This document shows positions 16,933 through 25,413 of a DNA stretch of 64,000 nucleotides, piece after piece. The translations under genes and the position numbers were made by a program. Where the stretch lies: positions 31,852-95,851 of the forward strand of contig CAYTCV010000001.1 of assembly GCA_964436465.1 (NCBI GenBank), in the 5' to 3' direction. Under the pieces are notes generated by a model. That model was given only the letters and a program-made list of their open reading frames with translations. It had not been told where the DNA came from and made no database searches. Numbering within the stretch: the first letter of the stretch is position 1; every line of letters begins with the position of its first letter. The stretch comes from an uncultured bacterium (lineage in GTDB: Bacteria > RBG-13-66-14).

Positions 16933-18003
16933 ATGGTTGACCAGAGCTATATCGAGGAGATAAAGCGGAGAAACGCCGAGCGGGCGGCCAAGCTCAAGGA
17001 AAGCCTGAAAATCGGCGATTTCTCGAAGCTCGCTCCCTCGGGGGCCGGTGACGAGCCGCCCGGAGCGGTGGTCATCACCCCCGGTGGTGCAAGGAAGGCC
17101 GCCGCGGGTCCTCCGCCACCTCCCGAAGGTAAACCGGCCGCCGCGGGACCGTCGGTCGCACCGCCCCCTCCACCGCCTTCCCGGGGCGAAGCGGCCCGCA
17201 CCGTTCCGCCGCCTCCGCCGCCCGCCGGCAGAGCCGCGGCGGCTCCCCCTCCACGCGAAGACAGGGCCGAGAGACCGGCGGCCCCGCCGCCCGAAGCGGA
17301 GAGAGAGCCCCTCGTCCCCTCCGAGGGCATCTGGGACGAGATTCTCGGCGAGACCGTGGAGGCGGCGCCCGAGGAGATGCCGTCTCCCCTGGATGCCGGC
17401 CCCAGCACCTCCGAGCTCGAAGAGTTCAAGGTGCCCCTCTTCGATACGAGCCGCATCGAGGAGGAGGAGGAGGTAGAGGAGGAGGAAGAGGTCGCCGCGG
17501 TGGCGGAGGAGCAGGAGGGTATTACCGACGAGTTCGTAGTCCCCGCCTTCGATTCCGGAACGACCACGGAGTTGGTGGGGGAGGAGTACGCAGTTCCCGC
17601 CTTCGATTCCGTGGAGGCGGAGACCCCCGTCGAGGTAGAGGAGGAGGAGTACGCGGTCCCGGCCTTCGACTCCTCCGTCGCGGAGCCCGCTCCCGTCGAG
17701 GAAGCCGTCGAAGCCGCCGAAAAGATGGAGGAAGTCGAGGAGGAGTACGCGGTACCGGCCTTCGATACCTCCGCCGCGGCACCCCCGCCCGTCGAGGAAG
17801 TAGAGGCGGCCCCGGTGGAGGAACCGGTCCGACCGGCCGCCGCCGCGCCCGCCGCAGCCGTGCCCACGGTCTTCGACAACTACGTCATCCTCGAGGTCAA
17901 GGGCTCCGAGCTCCGGCTGAAACGCCGCAACATTTCACTGCGCGAGGCCGTCTCCCTCTTCGAGGTCGCCCTGGAGGAGTGCAGAAAGCTTCTCGAGGAC
18001 TAG
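16933..18003 (+). CDS. acidic proline-rich repeat protein (5 x [DE]E[FY][AV]VPAFD[ST])
   Basis: Structured N-terminus (MVDQSYIEEIKRRNAERAAKLKE), Pro-rich PPPPP segments, five EEYAVPAFDS-type repeats separated by E/V/A-rich linkers, structured C-terminus (VFDNYVILEVKGSELRLKRRNISLREAVSLFEVALEECRKLLED); ends 23 nt before mreB. Confidence 0.55.
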   Translation: MVDQSYIEEIKRRNAERAAKLKESLKIGDFSKLAPSGAGDEPPGAVVITPGGARKAAAGPPPPPEGKPAAAGPSVAPPPPPPSRGEAARTVPPPPPPAGRAAAAPPPREDRAERPAAPPPEAEREPLVPSEGIWDEILGETVEAAPEEMPSPLDAGPSTSELEEFKVPLFDTSRIEEEEEVEEEEEVAAVAEEQEGITDEFVVPAFDSGTTTELVGEEYAVPAFDSVEAETPVEVEEEEYAVPAFDSSVAEPAPVEEAVEAAEKMEEVEEEYAVPAFDTSAAAPPPVEEVEAAPVEEPVRPAAAAPAAAVPTVFDNYVILEVKGSELRLKRRNISLREAVSLFEVALEECRKLLED

Positions 18004-18025
18004 GCGCCCTTTCGGGTCGGTTTAC

Positions 18026-19105
18026 TTGGGGGCGCAGAGTTGCGCCCCGATTTGGACTCCGTTCGAGTCCAGCGAGCGCGCCTTGCTTTTCAACAAAATC
18101 CACCCCCGTTACATCGCCCTGGACCTGGGCACCACCAGCACCCTGATTCACCTCGAGGGTCAGGGGGTGGTCGTGAACGAGCCCTCGGTCATCGCCGTCA
18201 ACGAGAAGGGGCAAATCGAGGCCCTGGGCCGGGAGGCCAAGCGGATGCTGGGGCGCACCCCGCCGAACATCCGCGCCATCCGGCCCATGGAAGACGGCGT
18301 CATCGCCGATTACGAGACCGCCGAGCTCATGCTCAAGGCCCTGTTGCGCCAGGCGCTCAAGGGGGCGTCCATCGTGAAGCCGAGGGCGCTGTGCTGCGTG
18401 CCGTCGGGAATCACGGAGGTGGAGAAGCGGGCGGTGCGCGACTCGGTGAAGAACGCCGGCGTCCGGGAGATATACCTCATCGAGGAGCCCATCGCCGCCG
18501 CGGTGGGGATGCGCCTGCCCATCGAGGAGAGCACCGGCTCCATCGTGGTGGACGTGGGCGGCGGCACCACCGAGGTCGCCGTGATGAGCCTCGGCGGGGT
18601 GGTGGTGTCCGAGTCGCGCAAAATCGGCGGGAATTTCATGGACCAGGCCGTGGACCGCTATCTCCGCAGCCACTACAACGTCTTCGTCGGCGAGCAGATT
18701 TGCGAGGAGATAAAAATCACCATCGGCTCCGCCGTGCCCCTGGAGGAGGAGGAGACCTTCGTGGTCAAGGGCCGGAACATGCTCAACGGCATCCCGACCA
18801 CGGTGACCATCAGCTCCACCGAGGTGCGCGAAGCGCTGCGCGAGAGTATCGTGCAGGTCATCGGCGCCGTGCGTTCCACCCTGGAGCAGACGCCGCCCGA
18901 GCTGGCCTCCGACATCGTCAACGCCGGAATCAACATGACGGGCGGCGGTTCGCTCCTGAAGCGCCTGGACGACGCCATCACCCAGGAGACGAACCTGCGG
19001 GTCCACCGCGCCGCCTCGCCCCTGACCACCATCATCGAGGGGCTCGGGATGATTCTCGACGACTTCCGCCGCTACCGGAGGCTCTTCAACCTCTACCCGA
19101 CGTAG
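18026..19105 (+). CDS. mreB: rod shape-determining protein MreB
   Basis: IALDLGTTSTLIH, NEPSVIA, IRPMEDGVIAD, DVGGGTTEVAV, classic MreB motifs. True start may be the in-frame TTG at 18083 (MLFNKIHP...). Confidence 0.95.
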   Translation: MGAQSCAPIWTPFESSERALLFNKIHPRYIALDLGTTSTLIHLEGQGVVVNEPSVIAVNEKGQIEALGREAKRMLGRTPPNIRAIRPMEDGVIADYETAELMLKALLRQALKGASIVKPRALCCVPSGITEVEKRAVRDSVKNAGVREIYLIEEPIAAAVGMRLPIEESTGSIVVDVGGGTTEVAVMSLGGVVVSESRKIGGNFMDQAVDRYLRSHYNVFVGEQICEEIKITIGSAVPLEEEETFVVKGRNMLNGIPTTVTISSTEVREALRESIVQVIGAVRSTLEQTPPELASDIVNAGINMTGGGSLLKRLDDAITQETNLRVHRAASPLTTIIEGLGMILDDFRRYRRLFNLYPT

Positions 19106-19125
19106 GACGCTTGCTCCCGCCGCAT

Positions 19126-19151
19126 GGAGGGGCTCGGGGCCCTCTTTTTTT
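19126..19151 (+). terminator. rho-independent terminator after mreB
   Basis: GGAGGGGCTCGGGGCCCTC imperfect hairpin followed by T7. Confidence 0.45.
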
Positions 19152-19234
19152 ATGGGAGGATTGACCTCCGCCCGCGTTTAATGAAAGGCACTTTCCGCCG
19201 CGACCGCCGGAGCCGCCGCGCGACCCTCTTCGCG

Positions 19235-19243
19235 TGGTATAAT
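19235..19243 (+). promoter_or_regulatory. extended -10 element TGGTATAAT
   Basis: Consensus TATAAT with upstream TG, 49 nt before the 19292 start; no clear -35. Confidence 0.4.
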
Positions 19244-19291
19244 CCGGACCCGTAAGAACCGAATCCACGCCGGATTACCGATATTTTTCAA

Positions 19292-21739
19292 ATGACCGTC
19301 ACCGCCGCAGGCAGGATTTTCAAGAACGAGGGCGTGCGCTGGGGACTGACCGTCCTCGGCCTGGCGGTCGTCGTCGCCGGCTCGACCCTGCTCCGGCGCT
19401 CCCTCTGGAGCGACGACCCGCTGATGGTTTCCGACGCGGCCTTCCGCTTCCGCCTGGCGCGGATGTACGCCCAGGGGGAGATGCCGCCTTCGCGGGACCC
19501 CAGGGTGCTGCCTCCCGAGGGACAGCCGCTCCACGACGACCTGCTCCTCGTTGAGGACGCCCTGGTGGGGTGGACCTACCGCCTGTTCCACGCCGGGTAC
19601 GACGAGGCGTCCTTCGAGAGTCACCTGGCGACATGGGTCTCGCTGGTGAGCTCCCTGGGCGCGGCGGCGGTCTTCCTCCTGGGTTACGCCCTGTGGCGGA
19701 AAAGAAGCGTGGCTCTCGCCGCGGCGCTCATCGCCGCCTTCGCCGTGGCCTGCGTGGACCGGACGGTCAACGTCTACCTGCGGGAGCACATCGCCGGACC
19801 GTTCATCCTGTTGGGCTGGGCGGGTCTTATCGGCGCCCTCGGACCGCCGGCCGATGGTTTCGGTTGGAGGAGGCACCTTCCCTGGCTCGTCGCCTGCGGG
19901 GCGGGGTGGGGCATGGCGCTGGCCGCCTGGCACCTGGCGGGCTTCCTCCTCACGGTGACGGCGGTCCTCCTGGTCGCATACCTCGTCTGGCGGAAGGAGT
20001 GGCGGTCGGCCGGCCCGACGGCGCTCGTTCTGGGGGCGGTCACCCTCGCGGCCGGTTTTATCGTTCCAGCGCTGCGGGCGAAGGGGCTGGCATTCTCACC
20101 GGGCGCCTGCCTGCTGTACCTGACCGCCCTGGTCTGCTTCATCCCCCGACTGCGGAAGTTTATCGAGCCGAGGCGATGGCGCGCCGTACTGGCGCTCGTC
20201 GGCGGCGCGGCGGTCCTCTACCTCGCTGGAAGGCTACTGGCCGGTCAGGAGTCCCAGTTCGGCCACGTCTACACCCTGTTCTGGGATAAACTGGTCCTCC
20301 TCGGCCAAAAGCCGGTCGAACCGGCCCGACTGTCCTGGATAAGCCGGGCGCTGTGGTCCGGTCCCTTCGACGGCCCGACCCTCGCCGGTTTCCTCGCCTC
20401 GAACTGGCTGCTCCTGCCCCTGGGAGCTGCCGGGACGGCTTTCTGCCTCGTGGATTGGCGCCGGGAGAAAATCCCGCAGGCCGCCGTTCTCTTCCTGGCG
20501 CTGACCGCGGCGCTCCTCGTCGGTTTTCTCTTCTTCCGCCGACTCGAGGTCTTCCTCGCCCCGCTCCTGGCCGTCGCCGCGGCGGGGCTCATCATCCGCG
20601 TCAACTCGTGGCGGAAGCTGCCTCTGGCGGTGGGGCTGGCCGGTCTCGCCTTCTTCAACGTCTACCAGTCGGCCAACATCACCGGCGATGACGCGGTGCG
20701 GCGGGTCGTCTCCCGGCTGGATGAGCAGCCGCCCCCCTGGCCCCACGACATCGGCGACGAGCTGCGGGTCGTCATCGGCTGGCTGCGGGAGAACACGCCG
20801 CCCGACGCCGTGCTCGCCGCGCGGTACAACATCGCCCCCATGCTGCTGACCTACGCCGACCGCCCCATCGCGCTGCACTCCATCTGGGAGTCTCCCGAGG
20901 TCCGGGAGCGGGCGCGAAGGTTCACCCTCGGCCAGTATGGGGCCGAAGTGGATTTCGAGAACCTGCTCGCGGGGTGGGGGGTGGACTTCCTGGTGGTGAG
21001 CGCCGCCGACTACCTCGACGCCGGTCCCGAGTCGGCGCGCTATGAGGCCGACGCGCTCCGGCCCGCCGGGAACGAGGCCGTCGCCACGCTCTGCCTCCAT
21101 CCCGAGGAACTGGCCGGCTTCGACCTCCGGTTCCAGACGCCGTCTTTCCGGGTGTACGCGGTCGGTGATAAACCCCGCGGGCGGCCCTTCTTCGGCGATG
21201 ATAAAGCCTGGGCCCTGGCCGGGAGCCCCCCCGATTCCAGACCGGTCGGCGGATACAGCCCGCTCTTCGACCCGGACTCCCCCGTCGTCGCCGGGACGGA
21301 GCCCGCCGACCGGGCCTCCGCCATCTACGCCGCCCTGGACGACTACAACCTCGGCGCCTCGCTCTACAACGGCGGCCGCTACGCCCAGGCCGTCCCCCGT
21401 TTCCGCCGCGTTCTGGAGCGGGTGGGCGACCTGAACCGCGCCGGGTACTGGCTGGCGGAGGCGCTCTACCGGTCCGGCGACCCGGCCGGGACGGAGGTTG
21501 CGTTGAACGCATTCCTCACGCGCAGCCCCGGGGACCTGGACGGCCTCCTGCTGCGCGCCGAGGTCCTCCCGGCCCTGGGGCGGACCGCCGAGGCGCTGGA
21601 CATGTTGCAGACGGCAATCGCCCGGCTGCCCGACGAGCCGCGGCTGTACGACGCGCTGGCCGACGTGTACCGGGGGCTCGGTGATTTCGGACAGGCGGAG
21701 CTTCTGTCCGACCGGGCGCGGGAGGTGGCCGGTGCCTGA
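19292..21739 (+). CDS. polytopic membrane protein, GT-C-like glycosyltransferase fold candidate, with C-terminal TPR domain
   Basis: About 11 predicted TM segments in the first 480 aa (Trp/Arg-rich loops), then a soluble domain and TPR-like repeats (RAGYWLAEALYRSGD, ALDMLQTAIARLPDEPRLYDALADVYRGLGDFGQAE). Architecture resembles PMT/ArnT-type GT-C enzymes. Confidence 0.55.
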   Translation: MTVTAAGRIFKNEGVRWGLTVLGLAVVVAGSTLLRRSLWSDDPLMVSDAAFRFRLARMYAQGEMPPSRDPRVLPPEGQPLHDDLLLVEDALVGWTYRLFHAGYDEASFESHLATWVSLVSSLGAAAVFLLGYALWRKRSVALAAALIAAFAVACVDRTVNVYLREHIAGPFILLGWAGLIGALGPPADGFGWRRHLPWLVACGAGWGMALAAWHLAGFLLTVTAVLLVAYLVWRKEWRSAGPTALVLGAVTLAAGFIVPALRAKGLAFSPGACLLYLTALVCFIPRLRKFIEPRRWRAVLALVGGAAVLYLAGRLLAGQESQFGHVYTLFWDKLVLLGQKPVEPARLSWISRALWSGPFDGPTLAGFLASNWLLLPLGAAGTAFCLVDWRREKIPQAAVLFLALTAALLVGFLFFRRLEVFLAPLLAVAAAGLIIRVNSWRKLPLAVGLAGLAFFNVYQSANITGDDAVRRVVSRLDEQPPPWPHDIGDELRVVIGWLRENTPPDAVLAARYNIAPMLLTYADRPIALHSIWESPEVRERARRFTLGQYGAEVDFENLLAGWGVDFLVVSAADYLDAGPESARYEADALRPAGNEAVATLCLHPEELAGFDLRFQTPSFRVYAVGDKPRGRPFFGDDKAWALAGSPPDSRPVGGYSPLFDPDSPVVAGTEPADRASAIYAALDDYNLGASLYNGGRYAQAVPRFRRVLERVGDLNRAGYWLAEALYRSGDPAGTEVALNAFLTRSPGDLDGLLLRAEVLPALGRTAEALDMLQTAIARLPDEPRLYDALADVYRGLGDFGQAELLSDRAREVAGA

Positions 21740-23138
21740 CCGGGTGCTCATCCTGGGTGCCGGTCTGACGGGGCTCGCCGCCGCCGACGAGCTGGCGGCC
21801 GTCGGTGTCCCCGGCCTGGTCCTGGAGCGGTCCGCCTCGGTGGGCGGCCTGGCCGGCGGAATCCGGCGCGGGGGGTTCAGCTTCGATTACGGCCCCCACC
21901 GCTTCCACACCCCGGACCCCGCCCTCGAGCGCTGGTTCATAGACCTCTTCCCCGACGGCGCCTACCGGCGCCCCCGGCGCAAGAGTGAAATCCAGCTCGT
22001 CGGTCGGCGTTTCGCCTACCCCCTGGAGCTGGGCGACGTGGTGCGCAAGCTGGATTTTGTGGACAACGTCCGGGTCTTCTCCGACTATCTCGTGAGCGCG
22101 CTGCGGCGGACACTGACGCGCCCCGCCGAGGCGAGCTTCGAGGACTGGGTGGTCGACCGCTTCGGCCGCACGCTCTACGACCTGTACTTCAAGCCGTACA
22201 CGGAGAAGCTCTGGGGCGTTTCCACCCGGGACATCTCGCCCGACTGGGCCGCGCAGCGCATCAGCCTGGTGAGCCTGTTCGACGTCCTCAAGCGGCTTCT
22301 TTCCACAAACGCCGGCGATGACCCCCGGACCTACGCCCGGGAGTTCCTCTACCCGGAGGCGGGAATCGGCGAGCTTCCGCGCCGTCTGGCGGCCCGGGCC
22401 GCGTCCCGCGGGGTGGAAATCCGTCTGAACGCGCAGGTGACCGCCCTGAAGGCGGGGAACGGTTCCTTCGAGGTCGAGGTCGAAGGGGTAGGCGGAAAGG
22501 CCTACCGCGAATCCGCCACCGCCGTCGTCTCCACGGTCCCCCTGGCGGAGTTGGTCGGATTCATCGAGCCGCGTCCCGGGGCGGATGTGCTTCGAGCCGC
22601 CGATGGATTACGCTCCCGCGCCGTGGTCTTCCTCCATCTGGCGCTGGAAGGCGAAACGCCCTCGGACAACCACTGGATTTACTTCCCCGAGCCGGGTTAC
22701 ATCTTCAACCGGGTCAGCGAGCCGGCCAACTTCTCGGAAAAATTGACGCCGCCGGGACGGGCGGCGCTCACCGCCGAGGTGAGCTGCGACGCGGGCGACC
22801 GGTTCTGGCGGATGGGCCGGGAGGAGCTGTGCCGGGAGTCGTACCGCGGCCTGGCGTCGGTGGGCCTCTTGAAAAAACCGCCCCGGGGCTGCGCCGTGTC
22901 ATACCAGCCCCACGCTTATCCCCTCTACGACCGGGGGTACGACGAGCGGCTGGCGGCCTGCCTGGGGCACGTGAACCGTCACCCCGGTCTCGTCACCACC
23001 GGGCGGCAGGGGCTCTTCCGCTACGGGAACATGGACCACGCGGTGGTCATGGGCCGGAAGGCGGCCCTGTCGCTCCTGGGTAAAATCGACCGCGGGGAGG
23101 CCCAGGCGGTGGGCACGACGCAGGAGTACTTCGGCTGA
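21732..23138 (+). CDS. FAD/NAD(P)-binding oxidoreductase (amine-oxidase / protoporphyrinogen-oxidase-like fold)
   Basis: GTG start overlapping the upstream stop (GTGCCTGA); N-terminal Rossmann motif VLILGAGLTGLAAADEL...ERSASVGG; about 469 aa. Confidence 0.7.
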   Translation: MPDRVLILGAGLTGLAAADELAAVGVPGLVLERSASVGGLAGGIRRGGFSFDYGPHRFHTPDPALERWFIDLFPDGAYRRPRRKSEIQLVGRRFAYPLELGDVVRKLDFVDNVRVFSDYLVSALRRTLTRPAEASFEDWVVDRFGRTLYDLYFKPYTEKLWGVSTRDISPDWAAQRISLVSLFDVLKRLLSTNAGDDPRTYAREFLYPEAGIGELPRRLAARAASRGVEIRLNAQVTALKAGNGSFEVEVEGVGGKAYRESATAVVSTVPLAELVGFIEPRPGADVLRAADGLRSRAVVFLHLALEGETPSDNHWIYFPEPGYIFNRVSEPANFSEKLTPPGRAALTAEVSCDAGDRFWRMGREELCRESYRGLASVGLLKKPPRGCAVSYQPHAYPLYDRGYDERLAACLGHVNRHPGLVTTGRQGLFRYGNMDHAVVMGRKAALSLLGKIDRGEAQAVGTTQEYFG

Positions 23139-24457
23139 TGCGGCGTATTCTCCTCATCGTCAAGAACTTCCCCCCCTTCCGGACCGAGCCGAACACGGCC
23201 AACCTGGCAAAGTACCTCGGTCGGCAGGGGTGGAAAATCGACGTCCTGTGCTCCCGGCCCGGCTGGGGGGTGGAAACGGGCGGCCTCACCCGCGATGAGG
23301 CCCAACTCCGGGCGCTCCACCCGAGCACCACCGTTTTCCCGGTGGCGACGGCCAACCCGGTCCACGGCCTCGCGCTGCTCCTCAAGGGGAAAAAAGGTGG
23401 AGGGGCGCCGACGCGGAGGCTGTCGCGGCGCCACGTTTCACCCCTCGGTCGCCTGTTCCGCTCCGTTCTGCACATCCCCGACTCCGACCACTACTGGTTC
23501 CACCCGGCTTTTTGGCACGGCCTGCGGCTGATAAAAGACCGCCGCCCGGACCTGCTTGTCACCTCGGGGCCGCCCTTCACCACCCACCTCGCCGGCCGGG
23601 CGCTGAAACAGGCGACCGGTATCCCGTGGGTCTGCCACAGCCGCGACCTCTTCCTGGAAAATCCGCTCTACACTCCCTGGCTTCCCTGGCGGCGGGGGCT
23701 GGACCGGACGCTGGAGCGTCTGGTGATGCGGGGCGCCGACGCGGTGACCACGGTCTATCCCGAGGCCACGGAGCTGCTCCGGCGGCGGTACGGGAGGCCG
23801 GGTCAGGTTTTCCTGACAGTGCGCAACGGCTACGACGAGGAGATGTTCGCCGGGGCGGAGCCGGTCCGCTCGGACCGCTTTACCGTCCTGTACGGCGGGC
23901 GCCTGGCGGCCGACGACGCCGACGGGCGCACCGGCTGGTCGCTCCTGGACGGCTTCGAGACATGGCTCGGGCGGCGTCCCGACCTGCGGGGAGTCGTCCG
24001 CCTGAAGCTGGTGGGGAACGTCCACCCCGTCTACGCCGGGGAGGTCGCGCGGCGGGGGCTGGCCGACGCCGTCGAGATTCTGCCGCCGGTGCCGCTGGCC
24101 GAGATGATTCGGCTGGAGCTGGGAGCCGATATACTCGTAATCATCCTGGAGGACTCGCCGAAGAACTGGTTCACCGCCGGGGGAAAAATTTACGAGAGCG
24201 CCCGGGCCGGCCGGCCGATTCTGGGCATCCTGCCGGAGAACGCCGCCGCCAGGCTCATCCGGGAGAAAGGCCTCGGACTCGTTGCAAGTTACGGCTCGGC
24301 GGAGGAGGTCGCCTCGGCCCTGGACGCGCTCCGCGCGGGAATCGGGTCGGTAGGTTTCTCCTACGGCGGGCCGGAACGGGACGCCTTCGTGCGTGCGACG
24401 AGCTTCGAGCGTCTGGCGGCGAGATTCGGCGAACTTTTTAATGAACTTCTCGGTTGA
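23138..24457 (+). CDS. glycosyltransferase family 4 (GT-B)
   Basis: Start overlaps the previous stop; C-terminal GT4 region (ILPPVPLAEM...GADILVIIL...E..G.PILG). 439 aa. Confidence 0.75.
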   Translation: MRRILLIVKNFPPFRTEPNTANLAKYLGRQGWKIDVLCSRPGWGVETGGLTRDEAQLRALHPSTTVFPVATANPVHGLALLLKGKKGGGAPTRRLSRRHVSPLGRLFRSVLHIPDSDHYWFHPAFWHGLRLIKDRRPDLLVTSGPPFTTHLAGRALKQATGIPWVCHSRDLFLENPLYTPWLPWRRGLDRTLERLVMRGADAVTTVYPEATELLRRRYGRPGQVFLTVRNGYDEEMFAGAEPVRSDRFTVLYGGRLAADDADGRTGWSLLDGFETWLGRRPDLRGVVRLKLVGNVHPVYAGEVARRGLADAVEILPPVPLAEMIRLELGADILVIILEDSPKNWFTAGGKIYESARAGRPILGILPENAAARLIREKGLGLVASYGSAEEVASALDALRAGIGSVGFSYGGPERDAFVRATSFERLAARFGELFNELLG

Positions 24458-24492
24458 GCGGGGTTGGTGAAATTTATATAAGGGCTTGTCGG

Positions 24493-24522
24493 TTGACCCG
24501 CCTCCGGCGGGCGTGGTAAGCT
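24493..24522 (+). promoter_or_regulatory. candidate promoter TTGACC-N18-TAAGCT (TG-extended) upstream of uppP
   Basis: Matches a -35 consensus 5/6 and has an extended TG; weak -10. About 45 nt before the uppP start. Confidence 0.3.
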
Positions 24523-24563
24523 AAATCCTCAATTGACGCGGTCTTATAGACCCCGGAGGTGAC

Positions 24564-25409
24564 TTGGACCTGTTGCAGGCCGCCGCGCTCGGATTCGTCC
24601 AGGGGGCGACCGAGTTCCTCCCCGTTTCGAGCTCGGGCCATCTGGTGCTCACCGGGGCGCTCATCGGCGTGGAGCCGGATTTCAACCTGGCCTTCGGCGT
24701 TTTCCTGCACTTCGCCACGGCGCTGGCGGTGATGGTTTATTTCGCCAGGCGCTTCGTCGGGCTGGTGCGCGTCCTATTCGTCAATCCGGTCCGGTGGCTC
24801 GGCCGGAAGGAGATTCCCGACGGCGACCGGCGCCTGGGCCGCCTCCTGGTGGGAATCATCCTCGGCACGCTGCCGGCGGTGGCCGTGGGGCTTTTGCTGA
24901 AGGCCCAAATCGACGAGGCGTTCCAATCGCCCGTCCTCGCCGCCGGGATGCTCTACGTCACCGCGGCGATTCTCTTCAGCCTGCTTCTGCGCCGGCGCGG
25001 CCGGGTGAAGGCCGAGACGGATGAAACGGCGGAGCCCCCCGCCCCGACGTGGTGGCGCGCCCTCCTCATCGGCGTCGCCCAGGCGGTGGCCGTCCTGCCG
25101 GGAATCAGCCGCTCCGGGGCGACCATCGTCGCCGGCATCCACCTGGGCGAGGAGCAGAGGCACGCCGCCGAGTTCAGCTTCCTCCTCTCGCTGCCGGCCA
25201 TCCTCGGGGCCAACATCATCGAGCTGGGCGACGTGATTTCCAAGGGCGCGTGGCTCCCCTGGCCGGTGTACCTCGTCGGGGGGGCGGCGGCCTTCTTCAC
25301 CGCTCTGGCGGCCATCTGGGTCGTCATGCGGACCGTGAGGAGCGGGCGCTTCTGGCTCTTCGGCGTCTACTGCGCGGTCGCGGCCACGGTTTCCCTCATC
25401 GTCTGGTAA
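24564..25409 (+). CDS. uppP: undecaprenyl-diphosphate phosphatase
   Basis: GATEFLPVSSSGHL and PGISRSGATI BacA/UppP signature motifs; 8 TM helices. Confidence 0.9.
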   Translation: MDLLQAAALGFVQGATEFLPVSSSGHLVLTGALIGVEPDFNLAFGVFLHFATALAVMVYFARRFVGLVRVLFVNPVRWLGRKEIPDGDRRLGRLLVGIILGTLPAVAVGLLLKAQIDEAFQSPVLAAGMLYVTAAILFSLLLRRRGRVKAETDETAEPPAPTWWRALLIGVAQAVAVLPGISRSGATIVAGIHLGEEQRHAAEFSFLLSLPAILGANIIELGDVISKGAWLPWPVYLVGGAAAFFTALAAIWVVMRTVRSGRFWLFGVYCAVAATVSLIVW

Positions 25410-25413
25410 AGCC

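Noticed and set aside
16947-17879. 310-aa minus-strand Ser/Thr/Ala/Gly-rich ORF opposite the acidic repeat protein
   Set aside because: Purely low-complexity mirror image of the E/P/A-rich plus-strand gene, which has structured termini and is coupled to mreB.
20234-21751. 505-aa minus-strand ORF inside the GT-C-like membrane protein gene
   Set aside because: Antisense artefact; the plus-strand frame gives a coherent polytopic membrane protein plus TPR domain.
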